In this document: positions 62,467 to 64,000 of the stretch, piece after piece
Position numbering within the stretch: the stretch's first letter is position 1
How the letters are laid out: the number at the start of each line of letters is the position of its first letter
NCBI GenBank assembly: GCA_963700635.1
Contig: CAVOYH010000003.1
Location: 1,536,001 to 1,600,000 of the forward strand
DNA from: an uncultured Bacteroidota bacterium
Lineage (GTDB): Bacteria > Bacteroidota > Ignavibacteria > UBA10030 > UBA6906
Length of the DNA stretch: 64,000 bases
Direction of reading: 5' to 3'
Notes under the pieces: model-generated
What the model saw: only the letters and a program-made list of their open reading frames with translations
Told to the model about the DNA's origin: nothing
Database searches by the model: none
Made by a program: the position numbers and the translations under genes

Positions 62467-64000
62467 TCAGGCCTTCATCCGCTTTCCTTTTTCTTCGAAT
62501 GTGAAGATCCACCCGCAGATCTTTCCGGGGTCGATCTCCGTGAGGTTCTTCCAGTATTCCCGGTTGTGCATTGTCCGCGAACTCGTTTCGTACTCCGGAA
62601 GACTTTCCACCTCGCGAATGATCTGGGCAAAGCGGGATCGCCAGAGCTTCATGTTCTGTTCGCGGAGGTCGACCCAGCCGTCGTGCGCCCAGAGGTCGAT
62701 CGCCGTCGGATTAATGGGAAGCTGGTGCTCGCTGCGGAACGCGGGGATCTTGATCATGGAACCCCGGACGAGGGATTTTCCGTCAGGCAGGAGAATGGGA
62801 ATCCCGATTGAAATGATCCGGGAACGGAGCTGATCGTCCGCCTCGATCAGGTCGAGGAGGCGTCTGCTCAGGATGCGTGTTTCGGTGCGGGCGACCGTGC
62901 GCACGTCACCGAAGCAGATCTTGAGCAGGTATGCTTCGTACAGGAGCTTCGAGAGCCGTGGGGGGCCGAGCATCTCGAAGGCAACAGAATCCACGCCATG
63001 CTCCTGTTCGAGTTTACGCATTGCCGACAGAGCTCCGCTGAACATGTACCCCGCGCGATAGGTGGGTGCCAGCGTGGCGTTGTCCAGGGCATTGATAATG
63101 TCGTGTCCCGTATTGCCGGCCCGGATCTCAAAGACGGTGCTTTCTGCGATTTCTTCCGGGGTCACGAACTCCATCTGCCCCGGGGTCGAAATCGCCTCAA
63201 ATTCCCCCCGCGAAAAGTACCCGTTCTCCCCCGTGTCGATGAAGACAGACCGGAGGTTCTCCCCGCGAGGTTGCGCGACGCCCGGTTGGTGAAGGGTGAG
63301 GTGCTTCTGGAGCTTCACAGCCCCGCTGACGGGACAATCTTCGAGCGGGATCGGTTTCCCCCGCTTGGCAATCTCGCCGTATCCGATTCCTTTCCAGGCA
63401 ATGGCGGCGGTGGGTTTGATCTCCTTGGTGATCGGGGCGTCGGGCGTCCGGCCCATGAGGAACAGAAGAAGTGTGTGCGCACCGGCGACGGCAGATTTCG
63501 AGAGCAGGACGCGGGATGGCCGCTCTTCGCTGTGCGTGTACGGAATGTTCAGTCCCATTCCCCCGGTGCCGCTGGTCCCGATCTTCACGTAAATCTTCGT
63601 GCCGGACAACTGCATCGAACGGTACATCAACTGGACGTGGCGGATCAACTGCGGGACGTACAGTGTGCACAGGAGCTGCTCGGTCACCTCCAGCAGCGCG
63701 TCGGTCTTCGGCTTGCGCGACTGCCTGACGGTTTTGACTTCGTTGAGCACACGCCGCGCCGATTGAAAGACATCCTGGTAGGCGATTGCCGTTGCGGAGT
63801 TCACGCAGTCGACGACAATGTCCGGCTTGAATTTCTGCATCAGGCGGTACAGGCTTGACCGCTTGAGAACGGGTCCGCTGAGCTCCTCAAGCATGTCTTC
63901 AATGATCATTGAACGGTAGCGCTTGCTTGCAAGGATCCGATCGCGGGGAAGGTCCTTCAATTCTTCCCGCACAAAGATATTGCCCCACCACGGGACAAAG
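62467..64000 (-). CDS. Conserved hypothetical protein, possibly Rossmann/short-chain-dehydrogenase-like (5' end outside window)
   Basis: Open frame of more than 500 codons running off the window; KPDIVVDCVNSATA and YVKIGTSGTGGMG suggest an SDR-like core. Function uncertain. Confidence 0.65.
   Translation of the reverse strand, partial: FVPWWGNIFVREELKDLPRDRILASKRYRSMIIEDMLEELSGPVLKRSSLYRLMQKFKPDIVVDCVNSATAIAYQDVFQSARRVLNEVKTVRQSRKPKTDALLEVTEQLLCTLYVPQLIRHVQLMYRSMQLSGTKIYVKIGTSGTGGMGLNIPYTHSEERPSRVLLSKSAVAGAHTLLLFLMGRTPDAPITKEIKPTAAIAWKGIGYGEIAKRGKPIPLEDCPVSGAVKLQKHLTLHQPGVAQPRGENLRSVFIDTGENGYFSRGEFEAISTPGQMEFVTPEEIAESTVFEIRAGNTGHDIINALDNATLAPTYRAGYMFSGALSAMRKLEQEHGVDSVAFEMLGPPRLSKLLYEAYLLKICFGDVRTVARTETRILSRRLLDLIEADDQLRSRIISIGIPILLPDGKSLVRGSMIKIPAFRSEHQLPINPTAIDLWAHDGWVDLREQNMKLWRSRFAQIIREVESLPEYETSSRTMHNREYWKNLTEIDPGKICGWIFTFEEKGKRMKA

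Overview
This is a GC-rich bacterial chromosomal segment, probably from an Ignavibacteria/Chlorobi-like member of the FCB group. That placement is an inference from a T9SS C-terminal sorting domain combined with canonical TTGnnn-N17-TAnnnT promoters and Shine-Dalgarno sites. The first half holds the end of an rRNA operon (23S, 5S), a multiheme cytochrome c with a T9SS tail, pstSCAB1B2-phoU, a DprA-like gene, clpC (one +1 frameshift), housekeeping genes (UbiA-type transferase, quinone oxidoreductase, aat, purC), a hybrid kinase/stand-alone HisKA/TPR operon, fur-feoA-feoB, a deoxyhypusine-synthase-like gene, an Hc1-like gene, rpsU and tRNA-Ile2(CAU). A ~16 kb type IV filament locus follows at 29.1-44.9 kb. 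The rest holds uvrA, an RlmI-like gene, HAD and oxidoreductase genes, a CCA-adding enzyme, a TolC-MacA-ABC export operon, a Sel1 protein, a hybrid kinase and a partial CDS. The main candidate for a poorly described system is the type IV filament locus. All five pilin-like genes begin directly with Met-Gly plus a hydrophobic helix, with no charged class III leader, and three have Gln instead of Glu at position 5. The locus also has a catalytically degenerate PilB paralog beside a response regulator, fused PilM-N and PilO-P proteins, a minimal secretin and a sigma54 promoter. Other notable items are complementary degeneration of the two PstB ATPases, a T9SS-tailed multiheme cytochrome, a CRP/FNR class II-like promoter driving a possible structured sRNA, and a tandem pair of small unknown paralogs. 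Six +1 frameshifts are probably sequencing errors. All calls come from motif reading by eye; no database searches were run.
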